This document shows positions 1 through 13,917 of a stretch of 64,000 nt of DNA, in pieces. A model generated the notes under the pieces. It was given only the letters and a program-made list of their open reading frames with translations. It had not been told where the DNA came from and made no database searches. The translations under genes were made by a program, and so were the position numbers. Positions within the stretch are counted from its first letter, which is position 1, and the number at the start of each line of letters is the position of its first letter. The stretch comes from Podarcis melisellensis (Eukaryota): NCBI GenBank assembly GCA_964234715.1, contig OZ174281.1; one strand, written 5' to 3'.

Positions 1-2350
1 GGCATAAAAACCCTGATATGTTGCCATACAGGCAGATAGTCTGCATTTGGCTTAGTGGATCATAAGTTGTACAGGCTTAGTGTAATTCACAAACTAGCTA
101 CAATGGAACATGTAGTTCTAAACAAGCCTAGTCCTGTTGATGTCAAAGGGAGTGACAGCATTCCTAAATATTTATGTTGGAGTTTCTGCCAGTTGCACTG
201 TTGCAATATCCCCACACTGGCAGAAGAAATTCTCCATCCTAAATCCGTGTGGACTGCATCACAGTCATCCATGTAAGCTGTTTTATGTGGTCTGTTAATT
301 GTGTAGCCTGCCATTTCAGTCCTAAGAGGGTACTTTGTGATATGTTCAAAGCCATTACTCTGCCTTTGAGTTGACAAGTCATTCATTCCTGAGCTCTGGA
401 AAACTACTTATAGGCCTCACTATCATTTTTTATTCTTTCTAACAAATGAGCTATATGACCATTACTGGAGCGTGACAAAGTTTAATTTGGAAAACTGACT
501 TCTCTTTTGAAGGATCTGTGGCAGAATATGGGCTCTCCCCCGACTTTGTCTTCATACCAATATTTTCAGTGTGAATTCCATCCTTTCACTGTGGGGAAAA
601 CACTGCAGCAACAGTAGAGACAGCAATGCTTGAAAGATTGGGCTGGGTTCACAATGTTAGGTATAGTTGTTTAATTGCACATTGAAATAGAAAATGACTA
701 GGTATATGTATTGTTAAAGGGAACATATAAATTTCCATTGAAGCTAAGTAAGGCTCTCTGGGTGCCTAATAGGCTGCTAATTAACTGAGAATGTACCTCT
801 GCTCTCCCTTACATGGTGTTTAACTTTAGATCACATGAGTAAGGTTTTCAGTGGCAAATCTTCATTTTGAGGGAGTTGTCTGTTCTCAAGCCACAAGATA
901 AAGGGGTGCAAATGATGTAATGGAGACTGTGTGGAGAGAAAGACCTTTGATTTCAGATCTCTTTGAAGTAATTTTATATTCTTAAGATGCTGAACCTGTG
1001 CTCGGACAAGCACACGATTCTATGCAACTATTGGGATGTATCCTAATTTTTATAAGTCTGTTTTCAAACAAGTTCTATTAGTAAAGCTTTGGAGCCATAT
1101 TTTTTGGTATGGGTGATTTTTTATTCTAAAAGGAATCATTTTTTATTCATCCTATTGCTTCCATATGCACAATATTAATAACCACAATACCTTGAGCTGT
1201 GTGGAAACTGTGTCACCAGCTGAAGAATGCTATTGATTTTCCCTTCTTCATTTGCCTACATCTCAAAGTTGAGATGATGAGCTTGCCATGCTACACTACC
1301 ATTATACCACAATATACAGAATATGATTGACATATGTGGGTCACTCTTCCCTAACCAACGTTATGTGAATTGCATTGGCAGTCAACCTTTGTCAACACTG
1401 GGTGCCATTAGCAAGGTGGAAGGCTCTGAAAGTAATATAATGTATTTGTGGAACCTGTACTGGTTAGGGTACAGTTTTTAAAATTCCATTTCTTCCTGGA
1501 AGTGGCATTGATGGATGACACTGTTTTCTCCTGATTTAGGGATCCATCAATACCTTGTATTCCAATCCCCACCAACATTCTACCTCTTTTTGCATAAATA
1601 AGAAAACAAAACAAAAAGGAAAGGGGCAAACACTAAGGAAGGGGAGGAAGAAGAGAAATGAATGTAGGTATACAAAAGTGAGCAACAACCAGAATGGCTA
1701 CTCCACAAACTTGCCCAGCATTTGCTAGGTACTAGATAGCACTCTTGCAATATGCATACATCTTCAGAATCCATCCTTAGATTTATTTTTATGAAGTCTT
1801 TTGCATATACATTCACAAGATTGAATGAGGTCTTTTGGTTCAAGAAGATAAATCACTAATATAAAATTATTACAAAGTTCAAGGGAGTGTGAAATCACAC
1901 TGCAGCCTGGATGCCATCCAAGCTGTGAGGGTAAAAAAAGATATCCCTCCCCTCACATTGCAATTTTGACAATAGGATCCTTGTTTCCCTCTTTCTTGCT
2001 ATGTGAGAAACTCCATGTATGGGCGGGTGGGTGGGTGTAAATCAGAAACACAATTCAGTGCATAGCAGTGGAAACCAGGAGGGGACACACGTCATCAATG
2101 AAGAATATGTTATGCAAATAATGGTTTGTCAAGTAAGGATAGTTGTGTTGTCTGTCTGTCTTTAGAGACAACAAATGTGCCTCTGGGGGTGAAGTCAAAC
2201 CTCTGAAGGGTACTGCACCTGCTATAGCTACAGAGACCAGCAAATTATAATTGCTTCTTCCCACGTTGTTTTTGCTGCGTTGGGATAATCCAGGAATCTG
2301 AAAAGACCACAGATTCTGTTTTTATTTGCTAATAAGTAAGGCATTTTGAG

Positions 2351-2460
2351 CTGTGCATTTTTTCTGGAAAAAGAGGTGACAGAACTCACCATGAACACCT
2401 TGCTCCTGAGAGGTGCCAGAACTGAGTTTCAGTGAGTTCTGACTGGAAAAAAAGCCCTTG
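2351..2460. mobile_element. Short non-autonomous DNA transposon (hAT-like MITE), degenerate
   Basis: Shares gaactcaccatgaacacct...tgagaggtgcc(a/g)gaactgagt...aaaaaagccct with the copy at 7512-7649; ttttgag occurs on both flanks. Confidence 0.6.
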
Positions 2461-2955
2461 TTTTGAGTAAGGTCCCTTGATCTGCCTAGAATCTATATGC
2501 ACATGAAAGCAAGCTTCTGCTCACATATCCTTAACTGGAAGAGGAATTAGATGTGAAAATGAGCTTGGGTTGCTCAGCTCACATGAACCCAGGCAGAGCA
2601 ATCTGATCTGCCCCATTGGAGAGGGTTTGGGAGACATAGCAGTGCCTATATGCTCAGCTTTGTCTGGTGGTGCTGGGCTCCACTAACAGGGAAGCTGTGC
2701 TGCTGCAGAAATCCCCTCTCTGCCCATCAAAAGCATAAGCATATTGAAGCTACTGCTGGCAATATCCCCACCAGTAAGTAGACTTGAAATGGAAGTATTT
2801 TGGAAGGGAGCTGGGCAGAGCTGAGTGACCAAGGATCTACTGGATCTTAACAATGACCCCCAAGTTGCAGTGGAGGCCCTGATCCAAGCACATTTGTGTT
2901 GCCAGCAATGGAGCTGGTGTGGCAATATTAAAAACAACCCTTCTTTCCCTGAAAC

Positions 2956-3153
2956 ATAGGAGTTAACTTCTAGGGGTTGAGGTCCATTTGTCCTCCCCTA
3001 AAAAAAGATATCAGAGGGGCCCAAACCACCCCCCCCCCAAAAAAAGTTAATGGGCATTGCCATTAAAATGTTGTGCATGCGCAATATCTTGTGATTGATT
3101 ATGCAGCGGAGTGTTTACCTCCTCCCACAATATTTCATTCAAGTTGGCACCCC
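2956..3153. mobile_element. MITE-like interspersed repeat (unclassified), second copy at 13190-13386
   Basis: cataggagttaact...cattgccattaaaat...tgcatgcg...aagttggcacccc is shared with 13190-13386; the ends are imperfectly inverted. Confidence 0.6.
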
Positions 3154-3224
3154 GGTTCTGATATAATAGAGATCTGAAGGGGTCTCAGATACACAACAGA
3201 GTACCTTACATTTCTTTTGCAATA

Positions 3225-3458
3225 CAGTGGTACCTGGGTTTACGAACTTAATGGAAGTCCATTCTTAAACCAAAACCATTCTTAAATCGAGGTATGCTTT
3301 CCCTAATGAGGCTTCCCGCTGCCGGTGCCCTTCCACCATTTGGATTCCATTCTTAGACCAAGGTAACGTTCTCAAACCGGGACACTATTTTCGATTTTGT
3401 GGAGTTCATAAACTGAATCATTCTTAAACCAGACTGTACTTAAACTGAGGTACCACTG
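3225..3458. mobile_element. Tc1/mariner (Tigger/pogo-like) MITE
   Basis: TA|cagtggtacct...aggtaccactg|TA; terminal inverted repeats with TA target duplication; interior shared with 51648-51872. Confidence 0.85.
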
Positions 3459-3574
3459 TACTAGGTTGCCTGCAAACCAATCAGTTAAAATTATATGAAA
3501 TGGGATTTAGACTAAATCTAGCAAAGAACTTTGTCATAGTTTGACTTATTAGACAGGGGAGCATGCTGTATTGG

Positions 3575-3705
3575 GAAGTGATGGACTTTTCTTTTAAGCA
3601 GATGTCGGGTAGCAATCTAGCAGAGATGGTGTAGCAGTGACTCTCCTGTATTAGCAGTGGGTTGAATTAGATGACCTTTGAGGTCCCTTCCAACCCTATG
3701 ATTTG
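3575..3705 (+). mobile_element. CR1 LINE 3' tail fragment
   Basis: gggttgaattagatgacctttgaggtcccttccaaccctatgatt is the canonical CR1 3' end. Confidence 0.75.
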
Positions 3706-5917
3706 GATTTTCTGTACTTTACTCTTTTTGGTATGGTGCTGCTGCAAAAGGTCTGTCCATTTGAATGCCTTACCAGGAGACATCTTTCTGAGGACCAAAG
3801 AAGTAAATTTTAGTTTATTGCTTTGGTTTGAAGTGTGGAGCCATTCTAACGCTTGGCGATGATTTGTAGACAATGGGGCTGTTCTCTCATTCTCCTTAGG
3901 ATTTATGTGGGCAGTCCCAGAAAAGCTAATGAAGGTTATACAACTAGGCCAATGATTGGTCAATGTGCTGTGTAAATCTCAGTCAAGCTAGGGAGTTTTT
4001 AAACTGTTCAAACCAGAGGAAAAGCTCCCACTACATATTAAGCTGACATAGTTCATTTAGAGGTGTCACCTCGTTCTTGATTGGCCCCATATCTTTTCTG
4101 ACACGTCTCTCTCATTCTCTCCTTTACATAAACTGACACATGCATGTAATGGATGAGGAAAACAGCAAATAACCTTTCTGAATCCCAGAGAATTAATTTG
4201 CAGGCTGGTCTACCCCAGAAAGTAATATTATATGTGTCTGTGTGACCTTACACATTTTCAAACAAGGTGGGGGTAAAGGTTGGTCCAAATTTTAACTGAT
4301 AACATTATCTCCAATACTTACATATGTGAGAAAAAGATTTCATAACTCACTGTTTTCGTTTCTTGTTGAATTTTTCATGCAACGCCGTGTAGTTGAGTAT
4401 ATGTGTTCCTTAATAGCAAAGGTTTTGAAGCAATGGATGCTTCCTTTACCACAGAGCTTGGAAAGGTTAGATTTTGTGACAAATTATATTCCCAGGCCTT
4501 TCCCATAGATTGCTGTCTGGCAATTACTAGAAAGAATAGAGATAGAAATGCCATTCCTGCTGTATTTCATCAGTTCCTCACTAGAAAGCCTATAATATCA
4601 ACTGTGGTGTCATTATGGAAGGACACTGGGGGCAGACATCCAGGTCTCTGCTCAGAAGAATGACCAGGAAAGTCCTCAAACACAGCCGAGCTGGCTTACC
4701 ACATTTTGAAGTAAGAGATGCTATCCACATAAGCATCTGATGACTTCCTTTCCTCCACCAGACCATTAACTTCAGAGTTTAAAATTACCTAAATTGTGAC
4801 ACTGAATATCAAGATTATCCTCATTCTGCAAATCACCAGTATCTCAAAATTCTCACAATAAGAACATGTTGTTATGTTGTGAAATAATAGCCTCCATATT
4901 CTAGAGGAGGTCAAAACTGTCCTACTGGTAGAGACACATTCAGCTATATGAGGAGCTGAATTCCCAGTTGGGCTTGTGCCTATTTTATTCCAACTTGCAA
5001 ACAGCCACTGGCCTAGCTACCTATGATGAGAGCCAGTTACCTTTAGGTGGTGACCCAGTGCTGGATGCATTATGAATAGGGAGAGAGGCAGTTCTTTTCT
5101 TCATTCAAGCTCTGTTCTGTATGTGCTGCTAAAGAGGCATGTTTTGGCAAGTCGGCTAATTACACATATGTGGTCTGGTAATTGTCTTTGATTTGCTTCT
5201 GAGGCTCCTGTGTAAATATCCAAGTGTGTATATTAATCCATCACTGCAGATTTCCTTTTTTGTTTCCCATATTCTTCTGAGCGATTGCTTTAAGCTGTGA
5301 CTGGAAATTGGTCAGGCTGTCTCCCATGTGGGCGATTCTTTATGTGTCCATTCCTGCCATTACATTTCTCTTCCTTTCCCCCAGAGTCCTTGCGCTTGCT
5401 GTGATGCATTTGTTCTGACATCTCTCATTCATTGCCAGGAGTTTCTATGATATGAGCACGATGATGCTTGTTGTTACAAATGGCCATGAACTCTATTCAC
5501 TTCTCCTTCCTTCCTTGTTTGTGGCCGATGGCTATAAATACCAATGGGTAAGATATTGCTGAGGTGGATGGTGCCAATACACACTTCAGCAGAATCACTT
5601 ACAAAAATGAAGTGTATTACAAGAGCTCTTAAAAACTGGCAAGCAAACAGCTACTGGCAGGCTTCCTTACTGAGACCTATAGCACAAGATCACAGTCTAT
5701 AGGGTCTGTCATCATGGTGGTGAAAATGCACCCTTTTAGGCCTCCCCTAAGTAAAACTACCTGAGGTGTCAAGTGCTTGTGAATGCCGTTTTGTAATCTC
5801 AGTGTACTGAGATTAAAAGTCCAACAATACTGAGATCCCCAACTTTGAGTGTTGGTAGACAACCAAAGAGCAGCGTAAGTGTGACAAAATTGAGCTTTGT
5901 TTCCCTATGGTCTAGGG

Positions 5918-6427
5918 CAGGGGTCTGCAACACGCGGCTCCGGAGCCGCATGTGGCTCTTTTAACCTTTGCTACGGCTCCGGGGCGGATACTAACGAGGG
6001 GAGGAGGAGCACTGTGCACCCCAACACTCCCCACTGTGGCGGGCACTGTACTGGCTGTGACGTCACATGGGGGCAGTGCGTGCGTTAGTCACGCACCGTC
6101 CCGACATCACCTTCCCGCCTGCCCGCTACATTGTAAGGGGCATGTACGCTGGTCACTGCATTGAAAGGGGGCATGTACGCTGGGCACTGTTTTGAAGGGG
6201 AGTGAAGAACACACACACACACAAAGGTAACTTGTTAATTTAACGTTTATTTCTATGAGGAGTAATTCTATGAGGAGGAGGAGTAATTCTGAGGGGTCAA
6301 ACAAAGAAATAATAAAAAAGTGACAAAAAAGTTATTTTTATAATGACGAGTTTTGCGGCTCCCAGTTTTTTCCCCTTCGGAAACGGGTCCAAGTGGCTCT
6401 TTTTGTCTTAAAGGTTGCAGACCCCTG
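5918..6427. mobile_element. Non-autonomous hAT transposon (510 bp)
   Basis: TIR caggggtctgcaac / gttgcagacccctg; perfect 8-bp TSD gtctaggg at 5910-5917 and 6428-6435; CpG-rich interior. Confidence 0.9.
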
Positions 6428-7511
6428 GTCTAGGGGTACATGGAACCCCGCTGGGAAGGTTGGCTTGCTTTATCCAATCTGTTTAGTCTTCTCCTCAGAT
6501 TTCTCAGGTGTTTCACCCAAGGATACCCTCAGATTTATTAAAACACTACTGTTGGCAAAATCTTGTGATTTCCTTAGACATTCTACAGTGGACATTCTAA
6601 GGAGTGTTGATAAACAATCGAATTGTTGATGATTATTTTTTAAAGTCCAGCCAGCAATAAACCTAGGGCAGTGGTTGCCAACATCATGACATCCAGATGT
6701 TGTGGACTCTAACTTCCAGATATTGGGGACTCCAACTTCCATCTTCCTTATTGGCCAGGTTGTCTGAGTCTGATGGGAACTGTAGACCAAAATATCTGAA
6801 GGGTACTGCATTGACTACTTCTGAACCAGGGATTAGATGAGTTTGTTGTGAGGAAAAGGGTGCAGCAGAGGGAGGTGACAGCACTAAAGTAATGGTAATT
6901 AATTGTTAGACTGCTAATTAGACTGCTGATTGTTAGACTGTATATTTGTGAGAGTGATATTTGACTACTCTCCCCCTCCAATAAATGGGGGCTGCTTTTC
7001 TGCTTCTATCGGAGGGAAGATATCTCCAAAATTGTTGGGGGGGGCTGTTTCTGGATGAGATTCTGGATTTCATCAAGAAATGCAGCCTGCAGGATGCTGT
7101 AGTGATAACGTTGTTCCGCTTCCCACCAGTCATACATCTCAGAAGGCCTTTGGAGTGATGTGATGTGGCATTATTCCCAAGGTATCCCAGGAAATACAAT
7201 CAGCATGTTGCTTAGAAACAGAGTAAATGAGTGTTACAGGGCTTTTTTTCCTTTCCTTTCCTTTCCTTTTCTTTTCTTTTCTTTTCTTTTCTTCTTTTCT
7301 TTTCTCAATTTAAAAAATCCAGAGAATTGGGAGGGGGGCTTTTCAATGAGATTAAATAAGGAAAGTGGCAGCCTTCTTCCAACATTTTCAGATAAATTTC
7401 TCTTTTCCACTCTTTGCTTTTTTGGGAGGGTTCTTCCTGCCATCCCCCACCCAATGAATGGCCCCAAAATAATATTTTGATATGAACACCCATCATTTAT
7501 AAGGTTATGAA

Positions 7512-7649
7512 CAGTGCTATTTTTTTTCTAGAAAAAGCGGTGCTGGAACTCACCATGAACACCTCACTTGTCCTCTTATAATGGCAATGGTGCCAACCTG
7601 AGAGGTGCCGGAACTGAGTCCCAGTGATTTTTGGCTGAAAAAAGCCCTG
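7512..7649. mobile_element. hAT-like MITE
   Basis: cagtgctattttt...aaaaaagccctg ends; imperfect 8-bp TSD gttatgaa/tctatgaa; sister copy at 2351-2460. Confidence 0.7.
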
Positions 7650-7784
7650 TCTATGAATATGAATGAGGTTACATATAAGGGAGTGAACAGGATATAGGCA
7701 CGGGAGTGGTTATAGCATCCCCATAAAGGTAGTTCTACGCCATAAATTTAATTCTCCAATAGATGCCCATACAGAAACCCTATA

Positions 7785-8034
7785 CAGTCATACCTTGGGT
7801 TATAGATGCTTCAGGTTGTGGGGTTTTTTTGTGTGTTTTTTTTGGGGGGGGTTACAAACCACTGAAACCCAGAAATACCAGAATGGGTTACTTCCAGGTT
7901 TCGGCGGTCACGCACATGCAGAAGCGCCAAATCACAACCCATACGTGCGCAGATGCGCCACTGCAGGTTGCGAACGCTGCAGGTTGTGAACGTGCATCCC
8001 GCGTAGATCACGTTCGCTATCCGAGCGTCCACTG
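7785..8034. mobile_element. Tc1/mariner (Tigger-like) MITE
   Basis: TA|cagtcataccttggg...ccgagcgtccactg|TA; imperfect TIRs, TA flanks, CpG-rich interior. Confidence 0.75.
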
Positions 8035-9289
8035 TACAATCTGTGGCAGGATTTTTTTAAAAATAATGGGATTATGCTGGACAGGCAATGAGGCAGGATT
8101 GACTGCAGCAGTTGCCCTGAAAGATGTTGCTGGTGCTGCACAAGAGAAATGCATTCTGGTTGCCCCGCCACCACCACCTAAACATATTGTATCATTGCTA
8201 CCTTACATTACTCCCAGCTGCCTTCGCTCATCACAGTGCAGGCCATTTTAAACACTGAGGAGATGAGGGGGAAGAAATGATAATTCATGTTCCTTGAAGC
8301 TGAACTCAGAATTTGCGTTGGAAATCTTCCCCTCCATCTCTCTTCATATTGTATTGTTGGTTGTTTGGTCAGCAATACTTGGAATTTCAGCATTTGTGGA
8401 GAACAAACAGTGGCACCTTTAAAAAAATCCACAGGGAATGGGGGTCTAAAACAATAAATTACATGTTAGGTATCAGATGAAGTGAGCAGAAAAGGATGAG
8501 ACAAGGCAACCTTAAAAAGCAGGGTGTAAAATGACAGAGCGGGGGAGACCACATTAGCCTAAGCTATGGCATGCCAGCATGCAATACATTATGTATAATA
8601 TTGCAGTGTGCCATTTTGCTGTTGTTATACTTCCTGTTCACCGTAATCATCTGTCTCTGTAGGACACCATGTAAATTCCAAGCACAAGTCATTCTTGGTC
8701 TTTTTAAAGGAATATTTCATTGGAGGAAAGCACCAGGAGGTGTAATAACAATATCCTGATTACCCGGTGATCCCCTGGTTCTGGCTGCCTTATCTTTCAG
8801 CCAGGGGGGATTTGAGTTGCATCTGCTGCCTAACCTCTTCTTAATAGCATTTGTGAGTGCCTATTCCAAGCAGTTTCTAATTAGACACACCCAGATGGCC
8901 GCCACCAGGCAGCTGTGTGCCCAGCTGGGTGTGTACACGGAAGCAAAGGTACCTCCAGGCTGTTGGCTGATCTCCTTCCCCACAAGGCTCTCTTGTTTTG
9001 TTTAGAAACACAGAATAGAGGGAACTTGTCAACATTCATCTTTAATATGGGGCATCCAGTTTTTCAAAACAGTCATTTTGAAATGTATAACTATTTCCTG
9101 CCATGAACCAGGAGATCTGCCTTTACTCAAAAGGCTGCTCCACAAGTTACATTTCAGGGGAACATTGAAAATGTCAGAGGAGTACATCTGAAAATTGTAA
9201 AATACTCCATGGACATCATTACACTGTATTTCCTCTTCAAACTATGAAGGATTCCAATGTTTTCTTCTCTCACGCGCCTTTTCTTATTG

Positions 9290-9695
9290 ACCCAGTGCAA
9301 TACTTCAGGGAGCACGTCTCCCATATGAACTAATCCAGACCCCGCAATTATCATCTGAGACCCTTCTTTGTGTGCCTCCCCCACGAGCGGTCCAGAGAGT
9401 GGCAACGCGGAAATGGGCCCTTTTTTTGCATTGGCTCCCCATTTGTGGAATGTTCTCCCCAGGGAAACTCACCTGGTCCCTTCATTATACATTTTTAGGC
9501 ACCAGGTAAAAGCATTCCTCTTCAAACAGACCTTTGGTTGATCAACATTCTATGTCTTTTAAAAATTATTTGTAGAAGATGAGGTTTTTGGTTTGGTTTG
9601 GTTCTTGTTGTTATCTTTTATGTTGTGTTTTTATATTTTTTATGCTGTGAACTGCCTTGAGATCTTCAGATGAAGGGGGTATACAATTTTAATTT
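9290..9695 (+). mobile_element. L2-type LINE 3' fragment
   Basis: Degenerate ORF2 end (ggctccccatttgtggaatgttctcccc, AP-LWN-LP-like) followed by the tail tgtgaactgccttgagatcttcagatgaagggggtatacaa. Confidence 0.7.
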
Positions 9696-9844
9696 AACAA
9701 CAACAGCAGCAACATTCATTCATTCATACATACATACATATTTAGAAAGCAAGTGGGAAGTATTGTGATTTAAATTGCCTTTGGCATTGGGGTTCTGAAA
9801 GACATACATGACCTCTTTTAAATGATAGGAAGCATGACCAGAGC

Positions 9845-9975
9845 TCTGTCCATGCTTTGAATGGAGAAGGTCCCAATTTCAATCCCTGGTAGCTGCAGTT
9901 AAAAGAAACGTGAAACATTGCCAGTCAGACAATACTATGCTAGATGGAGCTGCTACAAGATGGCTTGCCATGTTA
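9845..9975 (+). mobile_element. Degenerate Squam3-like tRNA-derived SINE
   Basis: catgctttgaatggagaaggtcccaatttcaatccctgg (B-box-like) ... tgccagtcagacaatactatgctagatgga. Confidence 0.6.
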
Positions 9976-11284
9976 GTATTTCCTGTAGTCCATGCTACCT
10001 GCCTGTGGTGATCTAATCCCCACAGTCCAAATTACAATGTGGAGTGTAGATTGAAGATTTAGGGCTGTGTCTTTCCAAACATATAGCTTGGGCAATTAAA
10101 TTTCTGGAAGTGAGGAAGAGACATGAATTGCCGCAGCAAAACATAAGGGCATTTATTAAGCTTTCCTTGTTGTTGTGTTGGGTGAAGAGTCAGATTCTGG
10201 GTGACCCCTATCCCTGCTCACCCCCAATGGATGTTCAGTACTGGGCAACTGGGCAATCTTGGCCATCTATTCCTCAGGGACAGAGAAACCTTGACATGTT
10301 GCAGTAAGCACGCAGGTCTCTGCTGCCTGCATTCATCTTTGGACCTGGGCCACATTATTTAAGATTTGTGGCGCTCTGCTGTTTTTTGGTTCATTTTCGC
10401 CCCCTAACTTATTAGAGACTTAGTTCATGTATCACCTTCCAGTTATGCTGTCATTTTAATGTTGACTATAATGACTCCACTAATTGAAAATAATGTTTAT
10501 AAAGAGATGCTCTACCACTGTTGACATATTAACTAAAAAGATTATTTGCATTTTTATTAAAGTTTTTTTTTAGTAAATGAAAGTTTAATTCCACAGCCAT
10601 TCTTCAAAATAATGTTTTGAGCCTTCAAAGCATGCTTGCTGAAAATAATGAAACTCATTCCTAACATGAACAAGATTCCTTTTTTTATTTTTTAGAAGTT
10701 TAGAGTGAAGTCATGCATCATTCACTTGCTGGTCCCATAGTTTGTTGCAGCAGCATATGCCAATAATTTTGGAAAGAGAGCTGTTACATTTAAAGTTCGG
10801 AAAACTGGGGAGGGATGTGATACAAAATGACACATTTCCATTAATCAGTGCATTAGCAAAGATTGATTTTCTTTTTTAGTCTGCTACACTTTCACAATTT
10901 TCTTTAGAAAATATTCAGGCATAAAAAGGCAAGAATCCATTAAGACAAATAATGTGAACTATGCATATTTAAAACTCAACACAATCCGTGATTTACAATA
11001 TACATGCATAGTAAAGCACACAACCCAAGAGGCCACACTTCAGATATCTCTTTACAATGGATTTTGCCTCTCCCTCCTCCCCAATAACATTAGTACTGGC
11101 GTAGTCTTGGTGTTTACACATCAAATTGAGAATTACATCATAAATGTACCAAGCTTTCACTGAGATACCAATACTCAAGGGAAGAGAAAGCATTCATTGT
11201 GTTGCATGTTTTTTCCAAGCCTGCTGGAAAATGGTGTTAAAGTTGAGCTAAGTTTGATATTGAGGTGTAGAATTGTGTTCTGAC

Positions 11285-11697
11285 AAGAGGTGGGGATTTC
11301 AGGTCACAATTAAAGGCAAGCATACCTAATTTGCACTTTTTCAAACAATGCACAAACCAAAGCAAGCCATCCTTCAAAATATACACTTCTCCAAATTTTG
11401 CAGTGCAATTCTCCAGCCATGTAATGCATAAAAACATGCATATACTAGGGTAAAGTGTGTATGAAAATGGGTATATTAGTGAAAATAGCATCCAAAAATG
11501 CATTATATTAGGGGAAATTACTTTGCTTTGCAAATCAGGAAAAATAGCTTACAAAAATAAATATTATGAAAAATTCACTCATGAATTTTCATGATGACTT
11601 AAAAAGAACTTATGTGAAAATGTGGAGAACTAAACTTTGTACTGGGGAAAAAATGAGACACAGAGAGAACCTGAAACTGATCGATTTCCCACCCTAG
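11285..11697. mobile_element. AT-rich MITE-like interspersed repeat (unclassified); related copies near 43310-43680 and 50430-50900
   Basis: Recurrent aaaatgcattatattaggggaaatt / cacttctcc...ttttgca motifs in several places in the window; ends ...tttcccacccta. Boundaries approximate. Confidence 0.5.
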
Positions 11698-13189
11698 TGC
11701 ACACCTACTGCCATTCTGATATTTTACCAGATATATGTCAATGCAGCTACGTTACAGAGAGTGTTTTGTCTCTATCCTCCTTCAAAAAGAAAGGCCAGTG
11801 GTTGCCTATTCCTGCCACCGTGACCCCCCATCTGCCCTTCTTAGTGTAAGTGGTGGGGCTGCAGATATGAACGCTAGACATTTAATTCCGAAGCATAACA
11901 AATATAGTCCCACCAGATTACATAAAATCATTCTGGGTGGTTTGTTAGGAGACTCCTGTACCCCTGTACAGTACCCACTGTACAAATCTTTTTAGCTAGA
12001 TCTCCTTCAGTGCAGGAACACTGTAAAATATTCATACACACAAACATTCATCTCGGTTTTTGAGCAAAGTTCACCCTAATCTGCCTGTGACCATACACTA
12101 CAGCAAGGTGAAGCAACTAATAAGTCTTTTGCCCAAACTTCAAGGAAAAGGAAGAGATGAGTGGGTATGTTTGGAAATGCTCTGAACCCAGTGTCTCCAG
12201 ATGTTGGGACCTTGGGTCTCCAGATTTTGCTTGACTATAGTTCCCATCTTCTTCACCAATCTTAGACCCAATGGTTGGGAGAATGGTTACAATTCCCAGC
12301 AACATTTGGGGACCTGGGGTCTCTGCTCTAAGCAATGGTGCTTGTCTGGCTTACCAGTCTGGGAGCTTTCCATCATCTTCTAGATGCTAATACAAGTGAA
12401 CAGGAGGAACACCCTAATTCTGCATTAAAAGTGCAGATATGTGTCACCCATAAAACTTGCCATGCTGAAATGCTCATTTGTCCAATGGGAATAGATGCAA
12501 AGAAGCATGGGAGCTTCAGGTTCATTGTGGGCTAAATTAGTGCAAATCTAATAAAGCATAGTTTTGTTTTTAAAGAATCATAAAGTTTGGTTATGAAAGA
12601 AGTTCACTAAGTTTGAAAAAAGTTTGGTTTCGATATTACTTAAACCTTTTTGTTCAAGCTGTACATTCTTTTCATAAGTTCATAAAGAAAAGACCTTCTT
12701 GTGCTTGTTTTAAATCTGATTCTGTATTTATTTGAGGTTTAAGTGGATTTGCTCTGGCGTAGCAAAGTAGGGTTTTTTGCTAATACATTTGATAAGTTTT
12801 ACACCTTTGGTGCAAACCATAAAAGAAAACCAAGAAGATTTATGTGATAATAATCTAAAACGTAGAACCATCAATATCTCCTTTTCCTTGACTCACACTT
12901 GAAAGGCAAGAAGGGGACTGAAATTATGCTAACAAGTCTTCTCTTCAAGTTAAAAGAAAGAAAATTAATTCATTTTCAGTACCCTAAGATTAATACAAAA
13001 TGCAAGTCAATGGATCTTGGTTGATGCTTCTCCCTGAATTTAACTAACTTGATTCCCAAACCTGAATCAGTATTCCACTGGTTATTTTGTCCTCTTAATT
13101 CACATGTAAAATGCACCCTCAAATGAACTGATATGCCCCTGCTTTTCATTTTTATTTTTTAAAAGCTAAAGGGATAAAGATGGAGGAGT

Positions 13190-13386
13190 CATAGGAGCCA
13201 ACTCCTTGGGGCTGAGGTCACTTTGCCCTCCCCCCATAAAATATTTGAGGGGGCTGGCTCCCCCCCAAAAAAGTGATGGACATTGCCATTAAAATGGTGC
13301 ATGCGTGCCACGCCTTGTGATCGATTGTGCAGGGTGGGACTTAACTTGTCCCCTCCCCAATATTTTACCCAAGGTGGCACCTCTAG
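13190..13386. mobile_element. MITE-like interspersed repeat, same family as 2956-3153
   Basis: cataggagccaact...ggtggcacctctag; internal similarity to 2956-3153. Confidence 0.6.
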
Positions 13387-13469
13387 AAGGAGTCAAATAT
13401 TTTTTAAAAAAACACACTCACACAGGTTAGTATTTGATTTGCTAACAAACAATTGGACTGTTAACGAGG

Positions 13470-13917
13470 TAGGTCAGAATAGGCAAAATGAGGTACTTCT
13501 TCACACAGCAAATAGTTAAATTATGGTATTTGTTACCACAAGATGTAGTGAGGGCCACAAACATGGACACTTTGAAAAAAACCAGGACATGGGGGAATCC
13601 CTGGAAATTATGTAATATGGAATTTATAATTGGTGATAATGTATATGATTTGATTTGATCTGATTTGATCTGATTTGTTAATAATTGGAAGATTTTTATT
13701 GGAAAATGAATAAAATAGAATGCAATATATTACAACCAAGAACAAAAGCATTATGCCTTTGAATGCCAGTTATTGGGCTCATGACTAAGAGAGTGCTATA
13801 GTGCTCATATTCTGCTTACAAACTTCCCATAGGTACCTGCTTGGCCATTGTGAACACACAATGCTAGACTAGGTGGGCCTTTAGCCTGATCGAGCAAAGC
13901 TCTCCTTATGTCCTTAC
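13470..13917 (+). mobile_element. Older CR1-type LINE 3' fragment (interrupted)
   Basis: gtacttcttcacacagcaaatagttaaattatgg...ccacaagatgtagtg (YFFTQ..V.LW..LPQDVV-like) and tail tgctagactaggtgggcctttagcctgatcgagcaaagctctccttatgtcctta. A similar tail lies at about 22895-23077. Confidence 0.65.

Noticed and set aside
7763-8251. 162-aa ORF
   Set aside because: Spans a mariner-type MITE and flanking intron; no domain similarity recognised.
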